Assembly (NCBI GenBank): GCA_035221665.1
Contig: CM069134.1
Location: 80,600,001-80,664,000, forward strand
Length of the DNA: 64,000 bases
Direction: 5' to 3'
Origin: Okamejei kenojei
Lineage: Eukaryota
Shown piece after piece: positions 25,831-38,746 of the stretch. The position numbers and the translations under genes were made by a program. The notes under the pieces are model-generated. The model saw only the letters and a list, made by a program, of their open reading frames with translations. It did not search any database and was not told where the DNA came from. Within the stretch, counting starts at the first letter, position 1; the number at the start of each line of letters is the position of its first letter.

Positions 25831-27699
25831 CAACAACCACTGAGTGATGGTGAGTTCTAAATAATGCTTGTTAGCCTGACACCACCCACTTAGCTAAATG
25901 ATTGGAATGTTCAGCATTGCATGGCATCGGTCATTTGGATGCTCTGCAAGTGCTTCTTCTCATCATTGATCATTGATCACGTTTAGCAGGTCAATACAGT
26001 CTGATAGAAACATATGGCAAGCAGTGTACCCTATACTTGAACACCTAGTAGGAGAGACACACTGCCAAAGTGCAGGGCGTACACTACTACTGAATGTTAT
26101 TACTGGGCTCTCAACGGCCACAGCTGAACACAATGCCCTGAATCATTTTGTGTTGCACGATGAGGAACATTTAAGATTACAGAAAATTAATATTTCATGT
26201 CTGCAGGTTGGCCCAGGACAGTGGCGTTGGGTTCTAATCACATTCCTTGAGAGTGCTCAACACCAATTATCCCAGGTCACCCATATCAAGAAACCCACTC
26301 AACTGCATGCAGCCCGATAACTATCCATCGTAAAGTGTTAGATTTTTCTTCTATCAACATATTCATGTCTAATGACATGCCACATTCTTGTTCAACGTCG
26401 AAGGTGTGGATAGTCCTCAACTGTGCACATATCACTAGGTAACAGATAGAACAATAAGAGAACTATGTTGCAAACAGAGATGTTGACAGTATACACTGAG
26501 CACAGTGCGTATACTCAGACACAAACAACATCATGTAAATTATACTTAAAATTACACGTAAATTCTTGAAGACAATAAAAAAAAAAATATATGACAAAGA
26601 TGTAGCAAAATAAGACATTAAAGTTCATAAACACAATTTAGAAAACAAGTCCTGTAAGCTTCAAGAGTGGCCAGGCCAATGTTTACCAAGGTAAGTTAAT
26701 ATTTGTGCAACATTGGTCCAAGAACCTGGTATGGGGAGTAGTCTTATCTTAACCAGGTGATGTTCGCCTCTTCCTGGCCGGGCCTACAAATCAGAGACAC
26801 CAACCCTCCTTGAAGAGAAGGGGTATGATTGTTGGGAGAGAAAACCAAACAAGATGTTATCATTAACAATATTGCGGAGAACTGCCCAATCAATACCCAT
26901 CAACATACAGAAAGCGTGCGAACAACAAGAACTGGAACAAGATGATTTTGAAGATAATTCACCCAAGGGAACAGAATAAGATCCGCAATCCTTGCGTTGT
27001 CCAATTTAGTTTCGTTTCGGAATGTTAGTTGGCCATAAAATGTTAATGGGAGAATTACCTAATAACAGATATACATCTCTCACCCAATACCCGGAACAAC
27101 AATGCCAGCGCGAAAGGCAAATTGAAAACTTTGGCTGCAGTTAGCTATGCGTGTTGCCTGGACTCACACTGTTATACTATCTTTACTTTGAGACCCCCCC
27201 CCCGCACCCCAGCCATTGAAGCCATGTGAAGTAGGGTCTGTCCATGAGACAGGCCAAGGCTACGAGGCCAATGAGATCAATCCCGCCCTAGCCCGAGTAT
27301 ACCCTAACGGCCAACCTAGCTCAGAAATACCACGCTCGCTCTTCACTGGAATTCCCACTCCCACTTTCGGAACAGGCAGGGCAAAAACCATGGAAGGCCG
27401 CGATGGGACATGCCCCCTCCTGATTGGGGAGGTGGGGGACACTCCCCCCCCCCACATTGTTTTTATAACATCGGAACAATATTATCAAACGCTTACTAAA
27501 GGGCTGAATCGGCCCGTTCGCATGGCCCTTTCAGTCGCCCGGGCGCTGCTTAAAAGAAAATACGCTGCAGATTGAGCTGGTCGATGGCTCCAGAGTATAA
27601 AACCCGCTGGCCGATGAAAGAACCTGTGAACGAGCCGATTGAAGCCCCACCAATTGGGCGGATATGAAGCTCTGTTGCTGAGGAGTCGGAAAGGGTACC

Positions 27700-28960
27700 A
27701 ACCAGGTCAGCTCGATGTAGCCTGTCCCACAGCAAAGCTGCTATAATAAGCCGCTTTCGACAAGGTCCCACCATAAGAGATGGTATACAAACTTAGACTC
27801 GGTATTTGGGGGTTCAGTTGTTGGATAGACTGCGCAGACAGGAAGCAAGTGTAGGAGTTACTGAGTCCTTTTCCCAGATTTGAGCAGGCTGTGACCTAGT
27901 GGGGTACCGCAAGGCAGGTCAGTGCGGGACCCCAGCAGCTATTAACAATATAATGATAATGAACTTGGACGAGGAATTGAATGCTAATACTCCCAGAGTT
28001 GCGGAATAAACCGTACTAAGTGAGGGGGCAGTGTTAGGTGTCAAAGCGGATGCTAGGAGGAGGCTGCAAGTGAGCTTGGAAAGGCTGGGTGAGTGTGTCA
28101 CATGCATGCAGATGCAGTTAATGGGATAAATTGAGAGAGGTTTCCACTTTGGTGGCAAAAGGCCAAAAAGGAAAGAAGTAGAACTAATAACCTGAATTGT
28201 GTGACCAATTAGGAAAGGGGAGATGTAACAACAAGACCTGGGAGTACAAGGTACACCCAGTCAGACATGAATTAGTAGGCAAAGGTGCAACAAGCAGTGA
28301 GACAGTTCATGGAATGGTATGCTAGCATTCATAGACAGGCAAGGATTGAGTATAGAAACCAGGCGGTTCTAACTGCAAGTTGACATGTTTTTGTGAGACC
28401 ACTCTGGCGTATTGCTACAGTATAGTCTCCAAATCAAATCAGGAAAGAACTTTCTAACAATCCATGGAGAGGGTGTTACAGAGAATGTTCACCAGACTGA
28501 CCTCAAGGATGACATGACTTTCATAATGGAAAAGACTGGAATTCGACCTTGGCTTGGCATACTCGCTAGAATTTAGAAGATTGAGGGGGATCTTATAGAA
28601 TATACAAAATTCCTTAAATGGTATGGAAGCTAGATTGGCCCGATGTTGGGAAAGTTCAGATCAAGGGGTCAACAGTTTCAGGAGAGGGGGAGACTATTAG
28701 ACCGAGATGATGAGACCCAACATTTTTTTCACTAACCCGAGAGTTTGGGTCTCTGGAATTCTATCCAGAAGGTAGTTGAGCCAGTTCCATTGGATATAGC
28801 GGAGTAGGATGTGGCCTTGAGGCAGGGGTCAGGGGTACGGAGAGAATGGCAAGGTACAGGATAGTGTGTTGGTGATCAGCCATGGACCTCATATTGCATG
28901 GCGGGTCATGGCTCGAAGGGCCGAATGGCCTGCACCTGCACCTATTATCTATGGTGACTA
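27700..28960 (+). mobile_element. CR1 LINE, indel-rich copy
   Basis: Colinear with 51100-52300 (GCTTTCGACAAGGTCCCAC...GGCTCGAAGGGCCGAATGGCC). Confidence 0.72.
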
Positions 28961-29456
28961 TGTCCACAGGGCCCACGCCGAGAAGCCTCGCGCGTGCGCC
29001 AAGAAATTGAGTCCCCTGTTTAGATCAAAGATACAGGAGCCGGGGTGTTGACAGCGGGGTGTAGATACGCGAGATTCAGCGTTTCCTTGGCCGCTATCTG
29101 CAGGTAAAGCGGAGCTCAGCAATCAGAGCAAAGATCCTACAAGGATGTTTGATGCCATAGGATCAGGAATTTTTTCCTCCCCTCTGCCGCCCCACACCGG
29201 CCGGGGCCCGTGTTTCTCGGTTACGTCTCCACCCCTCACACGGAAGGCGACACCCTGCAGGACTCGAAAAACAACAACAAGGCCAAGCCCGCACCGTGAA
29301 GCGGGGAAAAAGCATCCCTTGAAAACCTGTAGGCCAGGCACTCCAAAAGCGGCCGTATTCAGCGGCTTCCACTCGTCGGACCCAACCACACTGGCACTTT
29401 GGAGATGAAGATGTACTCGAGGACCTGCGGGGTGTCGTTGCAGTCTCTCGGAGGGT

Positions 29457-29973
29457 GGTTTTTTGTGCGAGAGTTTGTGTATTCTGTTACACGCAGTGAG
29501 TACCGAAAGGCCGCAGTAAATAAGTGGCCGATTGTTTCTCCGTTATCTTTCGATAAGTGAGATTTGAAAGTTCCAGACGACTGAAATCTAATTTCCATTT
29601 TGGTATGGAATCCACCCGAATCCCGCGGCCGAGTCACGCTGCCTGTAAAAAAGTAAGAGTAACCCCCCCCCTTGTGAGCGATTGGCCGGTTTCTGTTGAT
29701 TACCCAGAATGGGGTTGGTGCCTGCTAATCTGACAACTCCACCAATCATACGCCCATCTCTCCCCGATTTTCCCCGGCCATCTTGCTTAATCGATGCAAA
29801 GCTGGATTCAAGAGACTGGGCCAAACATTCAACCTGTAGAAAAAAAATCAAATCAGATACCGATTAAAAATTCAAAAAACATGCACGGCGGATGGTCCGA
29901 TAAACACCGCAGAGCTACAGGACACGCGCAACAGGTCAAAGTCATCGCAAGTAACCCGTTAACTCAGCCACAT
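29457..29973 (-). pseudogene. TRGV: Garbled TRG V gene (paralog of the 45.6-kb V), either a pseudogene or an error-rich consensus of a real gene
   Basis: Colinear similarity by eye to 45583-46065: RSS-like GGTTTTTTGT...CGCAGTG (29457-29498), a YYC-like GCAGTAAATAAGTGGC, the acceptor region CTGGGCCAAACATTCAACCTG and the leader start CAGCCACATG. It carries many indels. Confidence 0.7.
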
Positions 29974-31675
29974 GTTCATCAGCTGGAACGTGGGAGATAA
30001 CCCACCGCCAACCAACTGGTAGAAACTGGGAGAAACAACTCAACTCCCTTTCCCTTTCCTCAGGCGAATTGGTGTCTTGCGACTGATCCACTGTCGCTCC
30101 CCTCTTCGCTAGATGTGTTCCTCCAACATTTATATATGGCAGATCTTTTAGTGGCCCTCTGTTGTCAATTGGTGGAGGAGGATGATGGAGGAGGGGTGGG
30201 ACAACGAACTGTCGAGGTCAGAGAGACTCTAAATCCCTCTTTGAGACATGCTTCGCCATTTAACCGATATCCCCGTCTGATCCCTCTGCCTCCGACATGG
30301 CTGAGATTATCTCGCATATCCGTTGATGTCCCGCCAGTGCCAAGAACACTTGGCGACTCCCCGATATCCGTGCGAATTCTGCTCTTGTTCACGGTCCGTC
30401 GAACCCGAGGAGATATCCGTAAATCCAGTCTGCGGTTCCATTTTCACGCAGATCTCAGCATCAGTACCTCGCGATATTAACCGTCGATCCGAATTAGCCG
30501 CCAAGTATTCTATTGAGACATGAAAAATTAAAGTGTCAACGGACGCTGCGGTTTATTGTACACCGGCTTCCCGCAACATGGTATTTAAGTTGTGTTCTTG
30601 CGCAGCCCGCAGGGCTCTATACAAACGTAAGTTATTGTTTGAGCAGGAAGGAACTGCAGATGCCGGTTTACACCGAAGATAGACACAAAATGCTCGAGTA
30701 ACTCAGCGGGTCAAGCAGCATCTCTGGAGAAAAGGAATAGGTAGCTTGTCGGATCGTGGCCGATCTTCAGATTGCGAGCCAGGGGAGAGTAAATTTTTAC
30801 TGTTAAAGAATTTTTATTGTTACAGATAAAAACATTTCATCCATCGAACGTGTCCAAAGACAGGCCGCTCGATTTGTTACTAACACCTACGAGAGAGAAG
30901 CGAGTGTACCACCAAAACTTTCTGAATTCTCTAGGATGAAGGAACCCTCTCCACCAGACAGACGTGCAAAGCTCACCGTTTGACCATGTTTTTCCAACAA
31001 AATGTTAAATGGTCAGCTAGACAATAGATCACAAGACCTACACCCATCAAACCAATTAAAGGAGCAGACACGAGGGCATTTCGATCCAATTTGTGGTTCC
31101 ACAGCCACATCGACAATATGTGTCCACAATTCGTTCATCCCAACGGCACTATAAAGCAAGGAATAATCTCCACCACACCACGCGTTGCCCAGCAGCCAGA
31201 TGCAACTAAATTTCAAAGGTGGCACTTTCTTCCCAATAACCCTCTCTGGCTAAACCCCTCCCTTCACCACCACCAGTTTAAATTCCAGTTGGAATATTTT
31301 GGAGGACCAAGTAACCAAGGAACTGCAGATGCTGGAAAATCGAGGGTACACAAAAGGCTGGAGAAACTCAGCGGGTGCAGCAGCATCTAAGGAACGAAGG
31401 AGATTGGCAAGGTTTCTGGCCGAAAAGCTTCTTCAGACTGTAAATTTATTGTTCGCCTGGTCAATGAGCGGGAGCACCGCAATTCTGTCAGCGTTGTGTC
31501 CGTTAAGCACTGGACTATTGGTGGGATGTGCTCCCTCGTCATGTTCCTGGTTACTGAGGTGTGTCAAATCCGTTCACTTCAGCTCCTTGTTCTGGTTTTG
31601 TCGGCCAGTATTATTGCAACCCGATGAAATGTGATTCTCATTGTAGGGCGTCTTACACGTTTATTTATTTTGATG

Positions 31676-31957
31676 TAAGTTTAGAGATACGGCGTAAAAC
31701 AGACCCTTCGGCCCACCGAGACCGCGATGACCAGCGACCACCCGGACACTAGTTCTAGCCTACACACAAGGAACAATTTACAGAAGCCAATTATCCTACA
31801 AACCTGAACGTCTTTGGAATATGGGAGGAAACCGGTGCGCCCGAAGAAAACCCATGTGGTCACAAGGAGAACATACAAACTCGGTACTGACAACACCCAT
31901 AGTCAGGATCGAACCCGGTTCTGTGGCACTGTAAGACCGCTGCGCCACCCTGCTGCC
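31676..31957 (-). mobile_element. tRNA-derived SINE
   Basis: Minus strand begins GGGCAGCAGGGTGGCGCAGCGG (A-box-like) with GGTTCGATCC (B-box-like). Related copies at ~38846-39128, ~54200-54390 and ~61890-62050. Confidence 0.7.
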
Positions 31958-33829
31958 CGATACTACTGCCCGATCCCCAATCTCGGATCAAAATGCGACC
32001 ATCTATCTCCCTGCTTCCACAGATGGCAGAAAATTCGAGTGTATAAGTTGAAAGAAAGGTGTGCAGAAACTGCTTGCTTCATCTGCACCTATTTTTTTTG
32101 GCTCCTTCCATGAAGAAGAGAATCACAGTATATATAGATTTGTAGATATGCATTACAAAGCTTCAGTTTTCTGTAAAATGTTAACAATCACGTACAAGTG
32201 AGTGCTCAGACATTCAAATGGTGCTTAAACTAAATTGTTGAAAATGCCTTCAAATTGTGAATTGCTGGACCCCGAAACTTTGCTCCCGAACCTTCATCCT
32301 TGCCATTGTTCTTCCTTTTGGATGCTCCTTGGGGCTCTTTCACCAAGCTTCAGTCTGCCTCTCATACATCTCCTTATGCGCGTTGGCATCAGTTTTTTTG
32401 TTTGATAATGCGTCTGTGTCGATTGTGCTTCCCCAACAGTTCTAGAAATGGACGATGTTATAGTTGAGAGATTAATAATTTTTCAAAAATCGATAGAGAC
32501 TATGTTACTCGATTGAGTGATGCTGAGCTTTTTTTTAAATTCCGTCAAGGGAAGCAGGCTTCGCAGGCTGCTCCAGTGTATCAGAAAATTCCCAGTTATA
32601 ATGTGGAGGAAAATTGACAGATGATGTTTTGGTTCGGGACTCTTAGGACTAATGGAGTAGAGAGGAGACATCTGGTAATGAGGTGAGAAGGAGTGGGAAA
32701 GAAACTAGCAAGTGATATGCGGATTTGGATAAGATGGGGTGATTGGCAGACAGGTGGAGACAGTAACATCGACGTGAAATAGAGCAAAAATGGTGCAGAT
32801 GTGGAATCAGATATGGAAGAAAGATGAGGAGTGAAATGTAGAACTGGAGGGAGGGATCGTGAGAGGAAGGTAAGTTATCAGGGGTGAAAGGGGAACATCA
32901 AAAGATATTGGGGACGTAGCAGGTAAGAGTGGGAGATGAGTGGAAGGAACGGGACAAAGGAACTGGGTCACAGGGCAGCGGGAGAACAAAGTGGGAACAA
33001 AGTGAATGAGAAGGAGATGGGGATTCATTTACTGCATAATTACACTGTTTTAATGTCTAAAAGGTTTTCAATTAATGAAAATATAATTAAATGCTCTTTC
33101 TCATCTGGCTATTTTGTACCAAGCCCTTGGCAGTGAAGAAAATGTCCATTGGTTTTCCTAAAGGGTCGAATCTGTGTTGTGAACATGGAGGAACTCTTTA
33201 GTCACTAGAAGATTTTGAAAGAAGGAATATGCCATTACTTTCAATAAGGCAACAAACCCAAAGGCATCTACACCCAAACACACCGACTGGCCAAACACAC
33301 CGACGTCCAAATCCATCCACTCCCGCACCTACTCACTCTCTAATCATCTGCTTCCCAAACCCAACTATTCCCAAATCATCCACTCGTAAACCCAGCCACT
33401 GCTCAAAGCCACAAACCCAATGCTATCCACTCCCAAACCTACTCTCTCCCCCAAATCACCTGCTCCCAATGTTACCCACCCAAATCACCCACTCCCCAAA
33501 CACACATATTTACAAACCTACCCACTCTTTAAATGCACCTATTCCCAGACCCACCTACTCCTCAAACCCAGCTATTATCAAACCCACCCACCCAATGCCA
33601 CTCATTCCCAGTCCACCTGCCCCAACTACACCGTGCAGTTTAAACTCCAGTCCTAGTTGCCTGTTTTGGAGGTCTTCACCTATGGGAAGAGTCTGTATGG
33701 GGAGAATGAGGGCGAGGATGAACAGATTGGGATGTCAAATTAAGTGCCATAGACAGAGTAGATATAATCTCTTTTCAATTATATGGGATATCAACAACAA
33801 GACTGTTTTAAGATGAGAGGAATAATATA

Positions 33830-34110
33830 CAATAGACGATAGGTGCAGAAGTAGGCCATTCGGCCCTTCGAGCTAGCACCGCGATTCAATGTGATCATGG
33901 CTGATCATCCCCAATCAGTACCCCATTCCTGCCTTCTCCCCATATCCCCTGACTCCGCTATTTTAATAGCCCAATCGAGCTCTCTCTTGAATGCATCCAG
34001 AGAACCTGCCTCCACCGCCCTCTGAAGCAGAGAATTCCACAGACTCACCACTCTCTGTGACAAAACGTGTTTCCTGGTCTCCGATCTAAATGGTTTACTC
34101 CGTAGTTTTA
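33830..34110 (-). mobile_element. CR1 LINE 3' end
   Basis: QRVVSLWNSLLQRAVEAGSLDAFKRELD plus the conserved CR1 3' UTR. Confidence 0.85.
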
Positions 34111-34243
34111 ATGGGGGTAGACACAAAATGCTGGAGTAACCCAGCGGGACAGACTGCATCTCTGGAGACAAGGAATGGGTGACGATTTGGGTCGAGACCC
34201 TTTAAAGGGTATTTGAGAGGATTTTTTTTTTAACTGACAGTGG

Positions 34244-34419
34244 NNNNNNNNNNNNNNNNNNNNNNNNNNNNNNNNNNNNNNNNNNNNNNNNNNNNNNNNN
34301 NNNNNNNNNNNNNNNNNNNNNNNNNNNNNNNNNNNNNNNNNNNNNNNNNNNNNNNNNNNNNNNNNNNNNNNNNNNNNNNNNNNNNNNNNNNNNNNNNNNN
34401 NNNNNNNNNNNNNNNNNNN
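34244..34419. other. Assembly gap (run of N)
   Basis: 176 N characters. Confidence 1.
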
Positions 34420-34699
34420 GGGGGGGGGGTGGTCAATCAGATACAACCACATCCTTTAAGAGGCACTTAGGAATGTAGTTATATCAATGGCAGAAAAAAG
34501 GATACGGACCTAATGCGGGGCAAATGAGTTCAATATAGATCATACAAAAGGTCAACATGTATATGGTTATCCGAAAGACAATTTTTCCGTGGTGTACAAT
34601 TCGATTACTCTAGTTCAGAGGGGGGCGCTTAGATTTAAATATTTGTTCCTTGTGACCCCGGTGAGCCCGTTCCAGGGGACGACAGAAGTGGCTTGGGTA

Positions 34700-35120
34700 T
34701 TCGTTCGTATCCATATAGAAGGATGAGGGGGTACCTCATTGAAAGTTACCGAATAGCGAATGGCCTGGTTAGAGTGGATGTGGATGAGATGGTTCCACTA
34801 GTGGGAGAGTCTGGGGCCAGAGGTGATAGCCTCCGAATAAATGGACTTTCCTTTAGGAAGGAGATGAGGAGATTTTTTTTTTCGTCAGAGCCTGGCGAAT
34901 CTGTGGAATTCATTGCCACAGAAGGCTGTGGAGGCCATGTCAATGAATATTTTTAAAGCAGATGTAGATAGATTGTTGACGACTATGCGTGTCACGAGGT
35001 TATGGGGAGACGGCAGGACGGGGTTGAGAGGAGAAGATAGATCAGCCATGATTGAATGGTGAAGTAGACTTGATGGGCCAAATGGCCTAATTTTGCTCCC
35101 ATCACATGAATTGATGAACT
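34700..35120 (+). mobile_element. CR1 LINE 3' end (older)
   Basis: RRMRGYLIESY...RKEMRRFFF and CR1 3' UTR motifs. Confidence 0.75.
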
Positions 35121-35321
35121 AATGTATGTCCTTCGGATCCACGTTGATGTGCATTTTTAATTTGTCAAAACAACTTTATTCATTCCAGTTATAAAATAAA
35201 ATGCAAATAACATCGTGGAGAAAACTGAATGGCCCCCGGTATACGCAGATGTTCGCGGAGATCTGCAGACGCCACACCTGTGATTTGACCTCGAACCACT
35301 GAACATGTTGCGCACTAGTTG

Positions 35322-35360
35322 GGTTTATGTATTGGCTTCCCGTCGCTCTCGGCTACTGTG
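35322..35360 (-). promoter_or_regulatory. 23-bp-spacer recombination signal sequence (CACAGTA-23-ACATAAACC)
   Basis: Heptamer 35354-35360, spacer 35331-35353, nonamer 35322-35330, directly 3' of the V exon. Confidence 0.9.
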
Positions 35361-35805
35361 TTGCCAATAAGCACAGTAATAGGTACCAGCATCGTCCGCT
35401 CGGATATTCGTCAGGAGCAGAGTGTACGATTTTGTCTCTGTTATTTTACCAGCAACGAATCGTTCGTCCGCCACATCTTTCTGACTGTCCGCTTGAGTCT
35501 TAAAATACAATAGCCGCTGCAGCCCTTCTCCCGGCCTCTGCCGGTACCAATGTATAACGGCTTCACTCAAATCTATATTGCGAACCTCGCAGTAAAAGTG
35601 GACAGGTTTCGTTGGACCTTTAGTGATCGATAATTGAGACTGCGTCAATACTTGAGCCGCCGATTTACCTGCAGGAGAAAAGAGCACATGGTTATCGAAA
35701 TCTTTCACACGGTGACAGCGAAAGGCTTAATGAAAATGGTCGTTAAAATGCTAACCACTGACCGAGAAAGGAGATCAATAAAATGGCAGCCAAGGCCGCC
35801 TTCAT
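35361..35805 (-). CDS. TRGV: T-cell receptor gamma-type V gene segment (leader exon 35763-35805, intron 35669-35762, V exon 35361-35668)
   Basis: Leader MKAALAAILLISFL with phase-1 GTCAGT donor and polypyrimidine-CAG acceptor. V exon AQVLTQSQLSITKGPTKPVHFYC...IHWYRQRPGEGLQRLLY...DAGTYYCAYW is followed by a 23-RSS. Confidence 0.9.
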
Positions 35806-36129
35806 GTTCAGGAGTTGGGGCATCGCGTCCAGCCAGGCGACTGAGATGCTGGCTACTGGTCTCGCCAACGCCCCACTTCTGTCGCACCCGGAAGTTGCCG
35901 GTTCCATTTGGTGCGATCTCGCTTACTATTCCAGCTCAGAGATAAATTTCACTCCGGATCTCAGCCTCACCACGTGGTGCTGGAGCCCAAATCAAGCGCC
36001 AGAGGCAGAGTGTCAAAGTATCGGTCAATGCAATACCAATCCCACTTATTCACTGGGAACGCTCCCCCTGGCAATAAACCGGAGTTCCCAATGCCCGGCG
36101 AGCAGTCAAGCAGCCAGAGAGGCTCGAGG

Positions 36130-36168
36130 GGTTTTTGTATCGACCACTTGCCATTGCTTCACACTGTG
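36130..36168 (-). promoter_or_regulatory. Perfect-consensus 23-RSS (CACAGTG-23-ACAAAAACC)
   Basis: Heptamer 36162-36168, spacer 36139-36161, nonamer 36130-36138. Confidence 0.95.
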
Positions 36169-36578
36169 AAAACCCAACTGGCACAGTAATAGATGGCGGC
36201 ATCAGACAGGTCGGTGTTATCAATCACAAGAGAGAAAGTTGAGTCACTTCCCTCGGCTGAGAATTTGGCGTGTATTCCCTGATCCCGCTCAGATTTCCCC
36301 TTGCTATAGTACAGGATCCTTCTGGGCGCCTGGTCGGTGCGTTGTTGATACCAATGGATATCATCATCGAGACCCTTTGCCAAGCACTGTATCTTCACGG
36401 TTGTCGTCGCAGGCTTCGTGATCGACATCTGAGGCTGTTGCAAATCATTGGCAGAATATCCAGCTGTAAATTAAAAACATTGAAGCTACATGGACAAGGA
36501 AAGGCCGAAAGTGGTTGTTTCCATACAGTACTTACCAAGGAAAAACCAGCAGAAGGTAACTAGACAACGGGGCGACAT
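36169..36578 (-). CDS. TRGV: T-cell receptor gamma-type V gene segment (leader 36536-36578, intron 36464-36535, V exon 36169-36463)
   Basis: Leader MSPRCLVTFCWFFL with GTAAGT donor and TTACAG acceptor. V exon DLQQPQMSITKPATTTVKIQC...IHWYQQRTDQAPRRILY...DAAIYYCASW. Confidence 0.92.
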
Positions 36579-38494
36579 GCTGCCGCGGTAACTATTCGGA
36601 TGGACTAGCTCCTCTGATCACATGGTTAGAATTAAATGCGAGGTGCCCCGGTTGTGGTTCTGTTTCCCAGCGGAAGCGCAAGAATGTCCGTCGTCTGCAC
36701 CTTTATCATCTGCAAGTTGATTTGTGAGTACATTTGCCCAGAGAAAGATGGGAAGAGGAGTGGTTTTACGGCCAGTCTGCAGACGGAGCACCTTCTAATA
36801 AATAAGTTGCAACGTTGAAGTAATGCAGTTGATACCTGTCGCTCAAGTTCTCGCTTGCTTGGAAGCAGCAGCAATACGATCACATTCATACTTAGACCCA
36901 AAATGCTGGAGTAACTCGGCGGATCAGGCAACATCTCTGGAGAAACCGAATAGGTGACGTTTCGGGTCGAGACGCTTCTTCAGACTGAAGGATCCCGCGT
37001 CGGAAAGTCTGTCCTTTTCTTTCAGAAATGCTGCCTGGCCCGCTGAGTTCTTCCAGCACTTTGTGTCGAACTTTGTTATAAACAAGCATCTGTGGTATTT
37101 TTGTGTCTGCGTTCTCGTATTCACAGTTACTTGTTTCCATGCTTGCCATCCTGGTAGCGCTTTGCCTCAAACATTCCCCTGACATTATCTCGTTTCTTGT
37201 GTTCTCCCCGTTATATTTTCGACATTAGTCCTTGCCACCTCGGTGATTATAACACGTTCTGAAGTCTCAGTCGGGCAGCATTGCGACTGCTCGATCTGCT
37301 AAGTGCTTCCAGCGTTTATTTCTTTTTCCTTGCAATCATAAGAATTCGAAGGGATCTGTAAACATTGGACACTTCGGTTTATCTCACATTAGTTCAAATG
37401 TCACGCCAGAGAACTCAGGACATTAGAAAAAATGGAGAAAACGAGCAGGAGCACGTCAGTGCTCCCTTCAACGCGTTCCCCATTCATTAAGGTCACCGAC
37501 TGAAGAAAGGTCTTTCTCCTGGGCACGACCTCCGACCAATGGTAAAGGGTCAAGACCATATAATTGGCATCGATACCGACAACGGAACAATTACATTCTT
37601 ACATCCTGCAGCTTAACAGGCCGGCAAATGCAACAGCACGCTGATGATATATAACAATAAAAAAAAACATAACTTAGTAGCCATTAAGACTAGATAACCA
37701 AAATAATGAAAAGATCCAAGTCCGCAACGAAACCAAAGACACAGTCAACAGAAGATCATAGTTGCTGAGGTTAGTGTTGTTTAGTTTTCAAGCACTGATG
37801 GTTGCTGGGAAGAAGCTGACCTTGAAGCTGGAGGTCACGGTCCTTAGGCTCCTGTACCTTCTTCTCGCTGGTAGTAACAAAATAGGGGCACTCAAATCCA
37901 GGAATTATCCTGCCGAGGGATTGAATTAATGTAATAAGTAAGTCTCTGTAGCCCATGGGACAGAGTTATATATTTACAAATTTGAATGGCATGCAACCTG
38001 GAGGGGAATCTGCAGGTATCAACGCACTAGTTAAATTAATCTATCATGGAAGAGGGTTGGAAGTGCTGTCAGTAATATGGGTGAATAATTGTAGTGCATC
38101 TCATAACCTGCAGAGAGAGTTCATTTATTAAGCGCAGCTGGTGGTGAGCATAAATGTTCAGGGCGGTTGTTGAGGTGGATGCTCAACGGGCCTGGCAGGG
38201 CTTGGACATCATCACGTCATACAAGGTGACACTAAGTAGGTCGGGTGACATAGAAGGATCACTTCTGGATGAGCTCAATGTCTTCTATGTTCGCATCCAA
38301 GGGAAGAACAAAGGGCCTTCACGATTCCCCACATCCCCCATGACACTGTGATCTCAGTCTCCAAGACCAGCATCTGAAGATCCTTGGAGACTCAAGGAAC
38401 TGCAGGTGCTGGTGTGCAAAAAAAGTGACTGAGTATTGGAGTAACTCAGCGGGTCTGGCAGCATCTCCGGAGGACATGGATACGTGACCTTTCG

Positions 38495-38746
38495 AAGATA
38501 GACACAAAATGCTGGAGTAACTCAGCGGGACAGGCCGCATCTCTGGAGAGAAGGAATACTGATGTTTCGGGTCGAGACCCTTCTTCAGACTGATGTCTGA
38601 GATTGATCAGTCAAAAGAAGGGTCTCGACCCAAAACATCACCCATTCCTTCACTCCAGAGATGCTGCCTGTCCCGCTGAGTTACTCCAGCATTTTGTGTC
38701 TATCTTCTATTTAAACCAGCAAATGCACTTCTTTCCTATACACTAG
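38495..38746. mobile_element. Non-autonomous palindromic element built from two inverted Penelope-type terminal repeats
   Basis: ~38494-38592 is the reverse complement of ~38609-38707. It is flanked by the direct repeat GTGACCTTTCG (38484-38494 and 38747-38757). Confidence 0.75.

Noticed and set aside
26501-26529. CACAGTG-13-ACAAACAAC, resembling a J-type 12-RSS in the right orientation
   Set aside because: The spacer is 13 bp, there is no FGxG J coding sequence or splice donor next to it, and it lies in noisy repeat-like DNA. Worth rechecking only after polishing.
30300-30400. Minus-strand VLGTGGT, vaguely like a J FGxG motif
   Set aside because: No recognisable RSS or splice donor, and the region is error-rich.
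33229-33816. 195-aa Pro/Thr-rich ORF
   Set aside because: C/A-rich low-complexity sequence with no domain or splice evidence.
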